Positions 1 to 10,314 of a stretch of 42,852 nucleotides of DNA are shown piece after piece. Source of the stretch: an uncultured bacterium. Its GTDB lineage: Bacteria; Fidelibacterota; Marinisomatia; Marinisomatales; AB-629-J13. The stretch lies in NCBI GenBank assembly GCA_964606925.1, contig CAZSIH010000006.1, positions 1 to 42,852 of the forward strand, read 5' to 3'. The notes beneath the pieces are model-generated. The model did no database searches and was not told the DNA's origin. It was given only the letters and a program-made list of their open reading frames with translations. Position 1 is the first letter of the stretch. Each line of letters starts with the position of its first letter. Made by a program: the position numbers and the translations under genes.

Positions 1-513
1 CTCGCAGATTATGGAAAAGGATTTTTGACCCCAACAATCATTTCTGAAATAATTGGTATTTCTCAAAAACACAATATTCCTATTTATGTGGATCCTAAAA
101 TGAATGATTTCACCTATTTTAAAAGTGTACATATGATCAAACCAAATTTTCATGAATTCCAGTCAGTGGTAGGAAAATGGAACTCTGAGGAGGAATTTGA
201 TATTTTTGGGCATGAATTAAGAGATAATTTGAATGTGGATATTTTATTGGTTACTCTGGGCGCTAATGGCAGTACTTTATTTATAAAAAATCAAAAACAT
301 AAAATTTTAACTAAAACCTTGCAGGTACACGATGTTTCCGGAGCTGGGGATACGGTTATAAGTACTTTTGCACTTGCTGAATTATCAGGTGCAAACGCAG
401 AAGAATCAGCATTGCTGGCTAATTATGCTGCAGGTTTTGTCTGCGGGGAAGTAGGAGTTGTCCCAATTACTCTTGATAACTTAACCAAAATGATCGAAAA
501 TTATCATAATTGA
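1..513 (+). CDS. rfaE1: D-glycero-beta-D-manno-heptose-7-phosphate kinase (RfaE/HldE domain I, PfkB family), 5'-truncated by the window
   Basis: Frame is open from base 1 (LADYGKG...). Contains the VDPK, KPN and DVSGAGDTV PfkB/HldE motifs and ends A..AN.AAG..C..VG. No adenylyltransferase domain follows. Confidence 0.9.
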   Translation, partial: LADYGKGFLTPTIISEIIGISQKHNIPIYVDPKMNDFTYFKSVHMIKPNFHEFQSVVGKWNSEEEFDIFGHELRDNLNVDILLVTLGANGSTLFIKNQKHKILTKTLQVHDVSGAGDTVISTFALAELSGANAEESALLANYAAGFVCGEVGVVPITLDNLTKMIENYHN

Positions 514-581
514 GAAATCAAAAAACAAATCGTTCACTAAATTTTTCAGACTAAGGAATTTTATATAACAAAATAAAGGAA

Positions 582-2240
582 ATGGTACCATACAGGATTT
601 ATTATATTCCCTTACTCGGAATTATTTCTTTTAACATTCTTTTCAGTCAATACGATCCAAGATTTAATCCATTTGACTGGATCACCATAAGCAAAACCGG
701 AGCGATTACGTCTATTTCCGAAGGATATTCCTATATTTATTTTGGGACTGAAAACGGAGGTGTGTTAAGATATCATATTTATGCAAACGAAATGGACATT
801 CCGTTAACGATGGCTCAGGGATTATCTTCCAACGGAATTCAATCCGTCCACTTTGATTTTGATACCGGAATTCTTTGGATAGGGACAGATACCGGATTAG
901 ATTATTCTCACATGCGAGAAGGTGGATGGACACATATTAAAAAAAGAGATATTGGAATGAACAGGAAATTATTCACCCATCAAATTGGATCCACAACAAA
1001 AAATCTCTGGTTGAGGAGTAATAATCAATATATTAAACTGGATCATGTTTCTGGGATTTTGTTATCAATAATGTCTTTTCCCGATGAGGAAAATATACAA
1101 TGGAGCCCCTCTTATTCTCCAGAAAGAGTCTTACTTCCGGAGCCTTTTGACAATTATCTTATGATGGATGGATGGATGTACAATAACGGGGATTTAATTG
1201 ATCCACACAGGAGGGATAAATTTATAACAGTATTTTATTCAGCACGATACGGAGATGTTTGGCTGGGAATTAATGACGGGATCATATTGAAAGGAGATTT
1301 TCATATGGAAACATTTTATCCCATTCGATTCGGATTATCAGATTCAGATGTAACTGCATTATTGAAATCTCAAGACGGATTTTGGGTTGCAGGAAAATCC
1401 ACGCCTCCAGAGGGAATCACTTTTTTTGATCATAACCAAAATTATTTTAAATCTCATGATTTTGAAGTCAATATAAATATGACTCCCCAAAAAATATATT
1501 CCGTTATAAATGTACATGATGAGTTATGGTTTGGAGGATCCATGGGAATTCTTGTTTATAATGAAGAAAAAGATTATTGGAGATTATTGGATGAAACTAG
1601 AATCCAACTGGATGGTTACATAAACACAATGACATGGGATTCTAATTTTGTCTGGATCGGATCAAATACAGGAATCTCCAGAATGAATCCGATAAATAAA
1701 CGAGCAGAACCTGTTAGTATTCATTCTCATCTTAGTATAGAACCATCATTCAGAAATGAAATAATTTATGATATGGAATATATTGGAAAAGAAATTTGGA
1801 TTGGTACGAAATATGGACTGTTTATTTATGATGAAATAACAGAATCTGTGTTTGATTTCAGGGAATTTGGGAACTTCACATCTCTTGGAGGTGGCGAGAA
1901 TCAATTTTCAGATTTTTGGGAAATTGAGGAATATAATAATTTAGTTTATATTGCTGCAAAACAAGGTCTAATTTCTTATGACAGGCAAACGAGATTTTGG
2001 AGAATAATATTCAGATTTAACTCTGTTCGTCAACAAAGGATTTACTCGATGACCTTTAACGAGAATTACGGATTTTTCGGAAATAATTCAGGTTTGTTCA
2101 AATTTGATTTTGAACACTATTTTATTGACGAATATTCTTATCCTTTCCTGGGTCGGGTGAATACCCTTTATTTAGAGGATGAGGAATTATGGATTGGAAC
2201 ATCTAAAGGGTTAACACGGTTTTTATGGAAAAATGATTAA
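582..2240 (+). CDS. Secreted double beta-propeller protein (two-component-regulator propeller / PorZ-like repeats)
   Basis: Signal-peptide-like N-terminus. Repeated blades GLSSNGIQSVHFD..GILWIGT..GL, WLG, LWFG, VWIG, IWIGT, LWIGT. Confidence 0.7.
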   Translation: MVPYRIYYIPLLGIISFNILFSQYDPRFNPFDWITISKTGAITSISEGYSYIYFGTENGGVLRYHIYANEMDIPLTMAQGLSSNGIQSVHFDFDTGILWIGTDTGLDYSHMREGGWTHIKKRDIGMNRKLFTHQIGSTTKNLWLRSNNQYIKLDHVSGILLSIMSFPDEENIQWSPSYSPERVLLPEPFDNYLMMDGWMYNNGDLIDPHRRDKFITVFYSARYGDVWLGINDGIILKGDFHMETFYPIRFGLSDSDVTALLKSQDGFWVAGKSTPPEGITFFDHNQNYFKSHDFEVNINMTPQKIYSVINVHDELWFGGSMGILVYNEEKDYWRLLDETRIQLDGYINTMTWDSNFVWIGSNTGISRMNPINKRAEPVSIHSHLSIEPSFRNEIIYDMEYIGKEIWIGTKYGLFIYDEITESVFDFREFGNFTSLGGGENQFSDFWEIEEYNNLVYIAAKQGLISYDRQTRFWRIIFRFNSVRQQRIYSMTFNENYGFFGNNSGLFKFDFEHYFIDEYSYPFLGRVNTLYLEDEELWIGTSKGLTRFLWKND

Positions 2241-3504
2241 ACAAAAAATAAAAAAAGAACGAACTCATTGGATAATAGCATTCCTGTGTTTGTTTGTTTT
2301 TATGGCAAATAGTTACAGCAAGGATAAAAATAATGATGTGGGTAACTACAAAAAGATCCGAATAAATACGGTACCAGTAACTACTCAATGGCAGGATTCC
2401 ATTTTGGTTAAAATGTATCTGGATATTCCTTTAAAAACTCTTCAATTTATTAAAAGAAACAATGAATTTATTTCAGGGTATGAAGCCCAAATAGTAGTGA
2501 TGAATAAAAAAGGAAAATTACTTCATAAAAATACTTGGACTGATTCGATCCATGTTCAACATTATATTGAAACAATCAGGAAAACCGAAACCATCACTTT
2601 ATTCACAGAAAAAATGATTCCTATGGATAAATATGTCGTAATGGCGAATGTTCTTGATATTGAAAGTAGAGAATTTTATAAAGTAAGTCAGGATTTAGAA
2701 TTAGAAATTTCAAAAACACCCTATATTAATAAACCGGTAGTACTTCTTGAAAAACCGGGAAATTGGGGTTTTTTACCCGATCTCATCCCCAGTTGGAATT
2801 ATTTTCTTTCCTCAGGAAAAGATTCAGTCAGTCTGTTTATTTCTGGATTCAGTCAATCGGATAACTGTGAACTTGAATGGGAAATAATAAGTAAAATTGG
2901 AAAAGAACAGGTAAGAAAGGAAAATAAAATTCCTGTTAATATCAGTTATTTTCACCATTATGTACACCTTCCCATTTCAATTTTTTCCGATTTGTCCTAT
3001 ACGTTCATGGTAAGAGTAAGAGATGGGAAAAAACAGGATGAACAATCTATAGAATTGATTATCCTGAAACCGGGTATCTCAAGTAGGGTAACTGATATTG
3101 ATGAAGCATTGGATCAGATGAAATACATTCTTACCTCAATAGAGCGTTCTGAAATAAAAAAATCTAAGAAAGCTGAAAAGGAACAATTATTTAAAACATT
3201 CTGGGATGTCCGGGATCCGTCACATGAAACATTAGAAAATGAACTCATGGATGAATATTATAAACGGGTGGCATACACAGTAGAACATTTTAGCGGATTT
3301 CAGGATGGGTGGAAAACAGATATGGGAATGATTTATATTTTATTTGGATTTCCGGATGAAGTGAAAAGGTATTCAGATTATTCAAACCAAAAAGCGTTCG
3401 AAATATGGTATTATTTTACCGTGAATAAAACCTTTAGATTTGTTGATGCGAATGGTTTCGGTGACTATCAATTGGAAACACCCCATTTTATTTCAATTCC
3501 CTGA
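2233..3504 (+). CDS. GWxTD domain-containing protein
   Basis: FW..RDP...T..NE...EYY.RV.Y....F, GWKTDMGMIYI.FG.PD, E.W.Y, F.FVD..G.G.Y.L; N-terminal signal/TM segment. Confidence 0.9.
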   Translation: MIKQKIKKERTHWIIAFLCLFVFMANSYSKDKNNDVGNYKKIRINTVPVTTQWQDSILVKMYLDIPLKTLQFIKRNNEFISGYEAQIVVMNKKGKLLHKNTWTDSIHVQHYIETIRKTETITLFTEKMIPMDKYVVMANVLDIESREFYKVSQDLELEISKTPYINKPVVLLEKPGNWGFLPDLIPSWNYFLSSGKDSVSLFISGFSQSDNCELEWEIISKIGKEQVRKENKIPVNISYFHHYVHLPISIFSDLSYTFMVRVRDGKKQDEQSIELIILKPGISSRVTDIDEALDQMKYILTSIERSEIKKSKKAEKEQLFKTFWDVRDPSHETLENELMDEYYKRVAYTVEHFSGFQDGWKTDMGMIYILFGFPDEVKRYSDYSNQKAFEIWYYFTVNKTFRFVDANGFGDYQLETPHFISIP

Positions 3505-3518
3505 TTGACTGGCTTAAA

Positions 3519-4052
3519 ATGGAAGATAAATTAATCCTCACATTAACCCATTCTGAAAAGATGGTCTTATTGAAAAAACTGAGTTCGATTTTGGACGAAT
3601 CCGGGACAAAAACGGAAATTACACTCATTGAATCTATTTTATCAAAATTAAAATCAAATAATGAAGTCGTGCTTTATATTGATGGAGCTGCAATGCCGGA
3701 CAGACAAGGAGCGGGAATTGGTGGAGTATGTTATAAAAATGAAAAGAAGGTATTTTCCTTCTCAAATTATATTGGAAATAAAACCAATAATGAAGCTGAA
3801 TATTTTGCATTGATTGATGGTTTAAATCATGCCCTTGAAAAAGAACTAAAAATCATCACAATCTATTCTGATAGTCAACTCATTGTAAATCAGATCAATG
3901 GAAAATATCAGGTTAAAAATGAGAGAATGAAAATATGTTATCAAAAAGCTATGAATATTTTATCCAATTTTAACCGCTGGACCATAACCCATATTCCTCG
4001 GGAGAAAAATAAAGAAGCAGATTTTCTCAGCAAACAAGGTTTGCAAGGGTAG
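3519..4052 (+). CDS. rnhA: Ribonuclease HI (archaeal/actinobacterial-like type) with N-terminal helical extension
   Basis: YIDGA, TNNEAEY, SDSQL.V.Q..G.Y, HIPREKN.EAD.L; all four acidic catalytic residues are present. Confidence 0.88.
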   Translation: MEDKLILTLTHSEKMVLLKKLSSILDESGTKTEITLIESILSKLKSNNEVVLYIDGAAMPDRQGAGIGGVCYKNEKKVFSFSNYIGNKTNNEAEYFALIDGLNHALEKELKIITIYSDSQLIVNQINGKYQVKNERMKICYQKAMNILSNFNRWTITHIPREKNKEADFLSKQGLQG

Positions 4053-4179
4053 AAAACAATAAATCGAATAGGATTTTCCTTTAACTGCAAGAAAAATTAT
4101 TATTCATGTGAATTGTAAAAGGATATAATTCAAGTTTGCTGTAATTTTCATCCTCATTAACTAAGTCTTTCTATATCAA

Positions 4180-5208
4180 TTGAGTCTACTTTCTATATTA
4201 ACTAAACCCTTTAGCTGGTTATCCGGTGATATTGCTATAGATCTGGGTACAGCGAATACCCTCATCTGGCTTCGAGGAAAAGGAGTGATTATCAATGAAC
4301 CTTCAATCGTTGCCAGGTCAGTTCATGATGAAAAGATTTTTGCTGTTGGAAACGAAGCAAAGGAAATGGTAGGAAAAACTCATAGGGATATCGAGACAAT
4401 TCGGCCATTACGGGATGGGGTGATTGCAGATTTTAATATGACGGATGGAATGCTGCAGGGATTTATTCGAAAGGTTGAATTAAATCGAATCGCAAGAGTA
4501 AGAATGGTCATTTGTGTTCCCAGTGGAGTTACTTCTGTAGAAAGGAGAGCGGTAAAGGATTCTGGAGAAAGAGCAAATGCAAGGGAAGTATATCTCATTG
4601 AAGAACCAGTTGCTGCTGCAATAGGAATAGGGTTGGATATCAGTAAACCTATTGGAAATATTATTGTTGACATCGGGGGAGGAACTACGGAAATTGCAGT
4701 CATTTCGCTTAATGGTGTTGCTACCAAAGAATCCATTCGAATTGCCGGTGATGAAATGGATGAAGCCATTGTACAATGGTTTAGAAACGAACATAAATTA
4801 GAAATTGGAATACCCACGAGTGAATCTATTAAAATAGCTGTAGGGTCTGCAATGCGAATGAAACCGGAAACCATTTCTGTAAAGGGAAGAGATTTGGTGA
4901 ACGGAATTCCAAATACTATTGAAGTTTCTTCGGATGAAATTCGGCATGCATTAAAAGACCCGATAAATAGTATTGTGGAATCCGTAAAACATGCTCTGGA
5001 AAAAACGCCTCCTGAATTAGCATCTGATATTTTGGATCGAGGCATTATTCTGACAGGGGGTGGAAGTCTTCTTCATGGCTTGGATCAAATAATCAGAGAA
5101 CGGACAAATATTCCGGTTAATCTATCGGAAAACCCATTGTTAACTGTGGTAAAGGGAACTGGAATGGTTCTTGAAAATCTGAGGAAATATAAAGATGTGT
5201 TGATTTAA
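4180..5208 (+). CDS. mreB: Rod shape-determining protein MreB
   Basis: IAIDLGTANT, IRPLRDGVIAD, VDIGGGTTE, LTGGGSLL; TTG start. Confidence 0.98.
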   Translation: MSLLSILTKPFSWLSGDIAIDLGTANTLIWLRGKGVIINEPSIVARSVHDEKIFAVGNEAKEMVGKTHRDIETIRPLRDGVIADFNMTDGMLQGFIRKVELNRIARVRMVICVPSGVTSVERRAVKDSGERANAREVYLIEEPVAAAIGIGLDISKPIGNIIVDIGGGTTEIAVISLNGVATKESIRIAGDEMDEAIVQWFRNEHKLEIGIPTSESIKIAVGSAMRMKPETISVKGRDLVNGIPNTIEVSSDEIRHALKDPINSIVESVKHALEKTPPELASDILDRGIILTGGGSLLHGLDQIIRERTNIPVNLSENPLLTVVKGTGMVLENLRKYKDVLI

Positions 5209-5213
5209 CTTTT

Positions 5214-6017
5214 ATGAAAAAAATATTTTCATTTGTAGTGGAAAATAAACAACATGCTTTATTTATTAGTTGTACAATTATTTCTTTTACACTTCTTTTT
5301 ACAGATAATTCCACGAAAAATGTAGCATTGTTCAGGTCCAGAGTTATTGATTTATTTTCTTCCCTGTACAAACCCATTACTTGGATCAAATACTCATATA
5401 CATTAGATGAAGAAAACACTCTTTTAAGAGGAAAAGTTCTTCAGTTATCTTTACAAGTGTCATCAATGCAATTTCTTGAATATGAAAATAAAAGATTGCA
5501 GGACTTGTTATCTTTCCAAAGGGAAAATCAATTAACCTTATTACCATCGAAAGTGATCAATAAGGGCATATTACCCAACATTAATTCACTGACAATCGAT
5601 GTGGGAAAAAAATCCGGTGTCCAAAAAAACGATCCTGTTCTTACTCCGAATGGCGTCATCGGAAAAGTATTAATTGCAGGAGAATCTTCTTCTATTGTCC
5701 AACTCATTAATGATATAAATTATCGATTAAGTGTTAGAGTTTTACCCCAGGGGAATACAGGAATATTAAGGTGGTATGGAAACAATAAATGTCAAATTAG
5801 AGAGGTTCAAAAAAATGCTATAATTCACGTCGGTGATGGAGTGATAACATCCGGTTTCAGCAATATATACCCGAAAAACTTACCCGTTGGAACTGTGAGT
5901 GGTATAATAGATAAATTAGGGAGTTTTGAAAAAATTATTTTGGTTCAAATTACAGAGGACATAGAATCCCTTTTAGATGTATTTGTTATCCTTGAGGGAA
6001 AGAATGAATCAAATTAA
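5214..6017 (+). CDS. mreC: Rod shape-determining protein MreC
   Basis: N-terminal TM, coiled coil (EN.RL..LL), ID.G...GV, GVIG.V, V.TSG...IYP..LPVG; follows mreB. Confidence 0.95.
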   Translation: MKKIFSFVVENKQHALFISCTIISFTLLFTDNSTKNVALFRSRVIDLFSSLYKPITWIKYSYTLDEENTLLRGKVLQLSLQVSSMQFLEYENKRLQDLLSFQRENQLTLLPSKVINKGILPNINSLTIDVGKKSGVQKNDPVLTPNGVIGKVLIAGESSSIVQLINDINYRLSVRVLPQGNTGILRWYGNNKCQIREVQKNAIIHVGDGVITSGFSNIYPKNLPVGTVSGIIDKLGSFEKIILVQITEDIESLLDVFVILEGKNESN

Positions 6018-6480
6018 GATTTATGTTATTGGATTGATTATTTTGGGAGTTCAAATTTTGCTTTCTGATTTTTTATCATTGAATGGAATTCGACCTGATT
6101 TCATTCTCATTTTTATTCTGTATATCAGTGTGCAATATGGCAGTTTTCAAGGAGTATTATTGGGCTTCAGCTTGGGAATTATGGCAGATTTATTAGGTGT
6201 AAGTACCTCATTTGGATTGTCTCCCTTAACATATTCTATTACAGGATATATTCTTGGATTACTTTTTTATCATAATAAAATTCATACTCAATTTCAATTT
6301 CATGGTGTCTGGTTATCCGTTATACTTTTCCATTTTTTATGTACAACTTTTATTCGATATCAATCCATAGTACTTGACAATCTAATCCATTTTTTTCTAT
6401 TGTGGATTTTAACTTCCTTATATACTTTAGGATTTGCAGGTATTTTACAAATTATAAATCCACTATATAAAAAACCCTGA
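6004..6480 (+). CDS. mreD: Rod shape-determining protein MreD
   Basis: Hydrophobic multi-TM protein with PDF.LI and G...D motifs; lies between mreC and mrdA. Start set at ATG 6004. Confidence 0.88.
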   Translation: MNQIKIYVIGLIILGVQILLSDFLSLNGIRPDFILIFILYISVQYGSFQGVLLGFSLGIMADLLGVSTSFGLSPLTYSITGYILGLLFYHNKIHTQFQFHGVWLSVILFHFLCTTFIRYQSIVLDNLIHFFLLWILTSLYTLGFAGILQIINPLYKKP

Positions 6481-8256
6481 ATGTTAAAAGCAGAAAATAT
6501 AATTCACAGAGGGCAAATAAGGGTTGTAAAAGGAATTATTTCGGTTACTTTTTTTATTTTGATCGCTCGATACTTTTATATTCAAATTGTCAAGCATGAG
6601 GTGTATCATGAAAAAGCGGAAGTGAATCGAATTCAGGCATTTTCACTTCCTGCACCACGTGGACTTATATTGGACAGAGATAAAAACATTTTGGTAGATA
6701 ATTATCCAACTTTTGTCCTTTCAGCGATTCCCCAAGAATTTGAAAATAAACAAGCTAAATTTGATTTGATAAATGAGTTAACGGGAATTCCATTTGAAGT
6801 ATTGGAAAAAAATTACACACGATATTATCGAAATAGGTTTGTTACTGCCCGTTTAGCTAAAAATCTGAATTTTAAACAATTGAGTCTTTTAGAGGAAAAT
6901 AAATCAAGTCTCGCTGGAATACATTACAATAAACTTCCGGAAAGGTCATATCCAAGCCAGATAAATGGTTTTCATTTTTTAGGGTATGTCCGGGAAGTAG
7001 ATCGTGTAAAATTAAAGAAATTGGGTGACCAAACCACATATGATTTAGGAGATCTAACCGGTTGGAATGGTATTGAAAAATATTATGAAAAATATTTGAC
7101 CGGTCAAAAAGGTATAGATTTTTTCGAAGTAAATGTAAGAGGAGAAATCGTAGGACAACTGGTGGATCGAATCATTCAGCCTATCCCCGGAAATGATATG
7201 AGGTTAACCATTAATTCCGAATTACAAGAAGCAATGGAAAATTCAATGTCAGGAAAAAAAGGTACTGTATTGGTATCCAATGCAAAAACGGGAGATATTT
7301 TAGCTTATGTGAGTTCACCCGGATTATCTCCTCAAATATTTTCTGGTGGGACTTCACATGAACAATGGAAAAAAATTATTAAAGATCCAAAGACTCCGCT
7401 TTTGGATAGGAATTCTTCAGGTTTATATCCTCCTGGGTCAATTTTTAAATTAATTTTACTTTTTCCACTTATTGAAGAAAAAAAAGTATTACCAAACTGG
7501 GAAACATTTTGCAGTGGAAGTTACAGCTTTGGAGATAGAATTTTTAATTGCTGGAAAGAAGAGGGTCACGGTATAGTCAATATGGAAAAAGCTGTGGCTC
7601 AATCATGTAATATTTATTTTTTTCAAGCTGTCCAGTCCGTTTCTTTGGAAAAATGGGCAGCAACATCAATAAATTTTGGTTTTGGGACAAAAACACAGAT
7701 TGATTTACCGGAAGAAAAGAATGGGTTAATTCCTAACAGGAATTACTTAAACAAAAAATATGGTAAATGGGGTTGGTCGAAGGGAGCAATGCTGAATCTT
7801 GCGGTTGGTCAGGGAGAAATACTGGTTACACCACTTCAATTATTACAATTTGCAAATCTCACCGCAACTCATGGACATACCAATAGGTTACATTTTAATT
7901 ATGGGGAATTCAAACAATTGAATCTTTCAATGAATTATTCTGAAAACACGTGGAGGCTGGTTGACAGATTCTTAATTGCTACCGTATCACAATCTGGCGG
8001 AACAGGTAAATTAGCAGATCCTCATATCAACGGGTTGAAAGTATCAGGAAAAACAGGGACTGCCCAAAATCCCCATGGTGAGCCTCATGCATGGTTTTTC
8101 GGTTTTGGAAAGTACAGGGAAGAAATCATTTCGATTGTTGTTCTCATTGAAAATGGAGGACATGGCGGTGAAGTATCCGCTCCCATCGCTAGATTAGCTT
8201 TTGATATTTATTTCTCAAATAAAAATATTGATCTATATACTTATGGGAATAATTGA
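6481..8256 (+). CDS. mrdA: Penicillin-binding protein 2
   Basis: APRG.I.DR, YPPGSIFK (SxxK), SCN (SxN), GKTGTAQ, HAWF. Confidence 0.96.
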   Translation: MLKAENIIHRGQIRVVKGIISVTFFILIARYFYIQIVKHEVYHEKAEVNRIQAFSLPAPRGLILDRDKNILVDNYPTFVLSAIPQEFENKQAKFDLINELTGIPFEVLEKNYTRYYRNRFVTARLAKNLNFKQLSLLEENKSSLAGIHYNKLPERSYPSQINGFHFLGYVREVDRVKLKKLGDQTTYDLGDLTGWNGIEKYYEKYLTGQKGIDFFEVNVRGEIVGQLVDRIIQPIPGNDMRLTINSELQEAMENSMSGKKGTVLVSNAKTGDILAYVSSPGLSPQIFSGGTSHEQWKKIIKDPKTPLLDRNSSGLYPPGSIFKLILLFPLIEEKKVLPNWETFCSGSYSFGDRIFNCWKEEGHGIVNMEKAVAQSCNIYFFQAVQSVSLEKWAATSINFGFGTKTQIDLPEEKNGLIPNRNYLNKKYGKWGWSKGAMLNLAVGQGEILVTPLQLLQFANLTATHGHTNRLHFNYGEFKQLNLSMNYSENTWRLVDRFLIATVSQSGGTGKLADPHINGLKVSGKTGTAQNPHGEPHAWFFGFGKYREEIISIVVLIENGGHGGEVSAPIARLAFDIYFSNKNIDLYTYGNN

Positions 8257-9463
8257 AAAAATTAAAGAAGCAAATTATATTATCATCGGTGTAACCTTTC
8301 TTTTGTTTTTTATTGGATTACTGGCGTTGTTAAATATTGCCATTCATCAGGGTGGTACAATTCAATCCAGTTCATTTTTAAAACAGACTCTATTTGTGTT
8401 TCCGGGAATTGTACTGTTTTTTATTACATTTTATTTACCTAAATCTTTTTATCATAAATCCGCATATTTGGTTTATGGAGCTATCGTTCTGGCAATATTA
8501 TTTCCATTTATTGGTCAAAAAATTTCCGGAACATATCGATGGATTGATATTGGTCCAATTGGTATTCAGCCATCTGAATTTGCAAAGTGGATTGTTGTTT
8601 TAGTGTTGGCACGTTATTTATCTGATCATAATTTGGATTTGAAAAAATTCCGCACAATAATCATCTCCATTATTGTGGCAATTGTCCCCACAATAATCGT
8701 ATTAAAACAACCGGATTTGGGGTCTGCTATCATTATTTTATCTACACTGATTCCCATGATTTATTGGTCACGTGTTAATCCATATTTTATTTTTCTTTTA
8801 GTGGGTCCTTTAATTAGCATTCTGACGGCTTTTCATAATGTGTCCTTTACAATTTGGGGAATCACCATGATTGGTATTTTGTATATTGCACGCCCAAATA
8901 TAGTCCATGGTGTCATGACATATTTTTCTTTTTTACTGCTTGGTTTGTTGTCACCTTGGATATGGAGTTTATTGACTCTTTATCAACAAAAAAGAATTCT
9001 GACTCTTCTGAACCCAGATTTAGACCCTCTGGGTTCTGCCTATCAGGTGATTCAAAGTCAAACAGCTATTGGTTCCGGAGGTTTTTTTGGAAAAGGATGG
9101 GGAAATGGAACACAGACTCACTTGAAATTTTTACCTGTACAGGAATCTGATTTCATTATATCAGTCATTGGTGAAGAGATGGGGTTTGGATTCATTATGG
9201 TATTATTTTGTTTATTTGCTTTGTTAATTTTTCAAATTGTTAAATTAGCTTTTGAATCTAATGATCGTTTTTCAAGTCTCGTTTTGATTGGTATAGGAAC
9301 TATTCTTCTATCACATATATTTGTAAATACAGCAATGGCAGTTGGGTTGATTCCTGTCAAAGGATTACCGCTTCCATTTATTTCTGCCGGAGGTTCGTTC
9401 CTATTATCTTGTTTTATGATGATCGGTTTAGCATTGAATATGGGAATTAACTCATTTGAATGA
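8243..9463 (+). CDS. rodA: SEDS peptidoglycan glycosyltransferase RodA
   Basis: RWI, QPSEFAK, QPDLG, GYQ-like ..Q.IQS..AIGSGG..GKG, DFI..VIGEE.GF, G.PLPFIS.GGS. Start set at ATG 8243. Confidence 0.96.
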   Translation: MGIIEKIKEANYIIIGVTFLLFFIGLLALLNIAIHQGGTIQSSSFLKQTLFVFPGIVLFFITFYLPKSFYHKSAYLVYGAIVLAILFPFIGQKISGTYRWIDIGPIGIQPSEFAKWIVVLVLARYLSDHNLDLKKFRTIIISIIVAIVPTIIVLKQPDLGSAIIILSTLIPMIYWSRVNPYFIFLLVGPLISILTAFHNVSFTIWGITMIGILYIARPNIVHGVMTYFSFLLLGLLSPWIWSLLTLYQQKRILTLLNPDLDPLGSAYQVIQSQTAIGSGGFFGKGWGNGTQTHLKFLPVQESDFIISVIGEEMGFGFIMVLFCLFALLIFQIVKLAFESNDRFSSLVLIGIGTILLSHIFVNTAMAVGLIPVKGLPLPFISAGGSFLLSCFMMIGLALNMGINSFE

Positions 9464-9535
9464 TTCTTTAATCATTTGAACATATTTTTATTAGAGATTA
9501 AATTCCCTGATGCTATTTGCCCACTATTTTATATT

Positions 9536-10312
9536 TTGAAAAATTCCTTCTTATTTATTTTAAATTACATTCTTTTTTGTTTGTGTTCCGGTTCGGTCTA
9601 TTCTCAGGTCAATGCGGAAAAAGAGTTGAAACGTCTGAATGCTAAAATTGATCGAGCAAATGTACGACTTGATTCATTGGAAACTAAAAACAGTGAATTG
9701 ATCCCTGAGTTGAGATCGGTTCTCCAAAATAATACACAGTCACAGGAACATTTGGATTCTTTAAATGAAAATATATTTATACTGATAAAAAAACTGGATG
9801 ATAAAATTACAATTTTAGAAAAAAAAACAACCTTCATTGAAAATAAACTCTTTACATTGACAAACAGTTATAAAGAATTGTCAGCTATAGGGTATCAATC
9901 TGGTAAAAATGATGTGGTGGAAAAATTGACTTCAGAATCCTATCAACAAAAATATAATGAGAGTTTGCATTATTATCAGAATGGCATGTTTGATTTAGCC
10001 GCACTGGGATTTACACGTTTAATAGAGGATGATCCATTAAATCCACTTGCGGATAACAGCCAATATTGGCTGGGGGAATGTTTTTACTCTAAAACGGAAT
10101 TTAAAAAAGCTATTTCAGGATTTAAAAAAGTAAGAAATTTTCCTGGCACGGACAAAGATGATGATGCCCAATTAAAAATTGGAATGTCTTATTTAGCAAT
10201 GAATAATAAACCTGATGCAAAAGAACAATTTTTAAAATTTTTAGATGTATATCCGGAAAGTGAATATACAATTATTGTGCGTGAATCTTTAAAACAAATA
10301 GAATTGGAATAA
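9536..10312 (+). CDS. cpoB: CpoB/YbgF-like periplasmic coiled-coil + TPR protein
   Basis: Signal peptide from TTG 9536 (start uncertain), coiled coil, then ADNSQYWLGECFY and K.DDAQLK.G, YP.S, typical of YbgF TPRs. Confidence 0.75.
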   Translation: MKNSFLFILNYILFCLCSGSVYSQVNAEKELKRLNAKIDRANVRLDSLETKNSELIPELRSVLQNNTQSQEHLDSLNENIFILIKKLDDKITILEKKTTFIENKLFTLTNSYKELSAIGYQSGKNDVVEKLTSESYQQKYNESLHYYQNGMFDLAALGFTRLIEDDPLNPLADNSQYWLGECFYSKTEFKKAISGFKKVRNFPGTDKDDDAQLKIGMSYLAMNNKPDAKEQFLKFLDVYPESEYTIIVRESLKQIELE

Positions 10313-10314
10313 TT

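Noticed and set aside
3519-4052. RNase H as a retroelement or transposase relic
   Set aside because: No reverse transcriptase or IS ends are nearby, and it sits in a housekeeping context.
4380-5045. 221-aa minus-strand ORF, plus the other short antisense and alternate-frame ORFs in the track
   Set aside because: They are shadows of well-supported + strand genes (here mreB) and carry no recognisable motifs.
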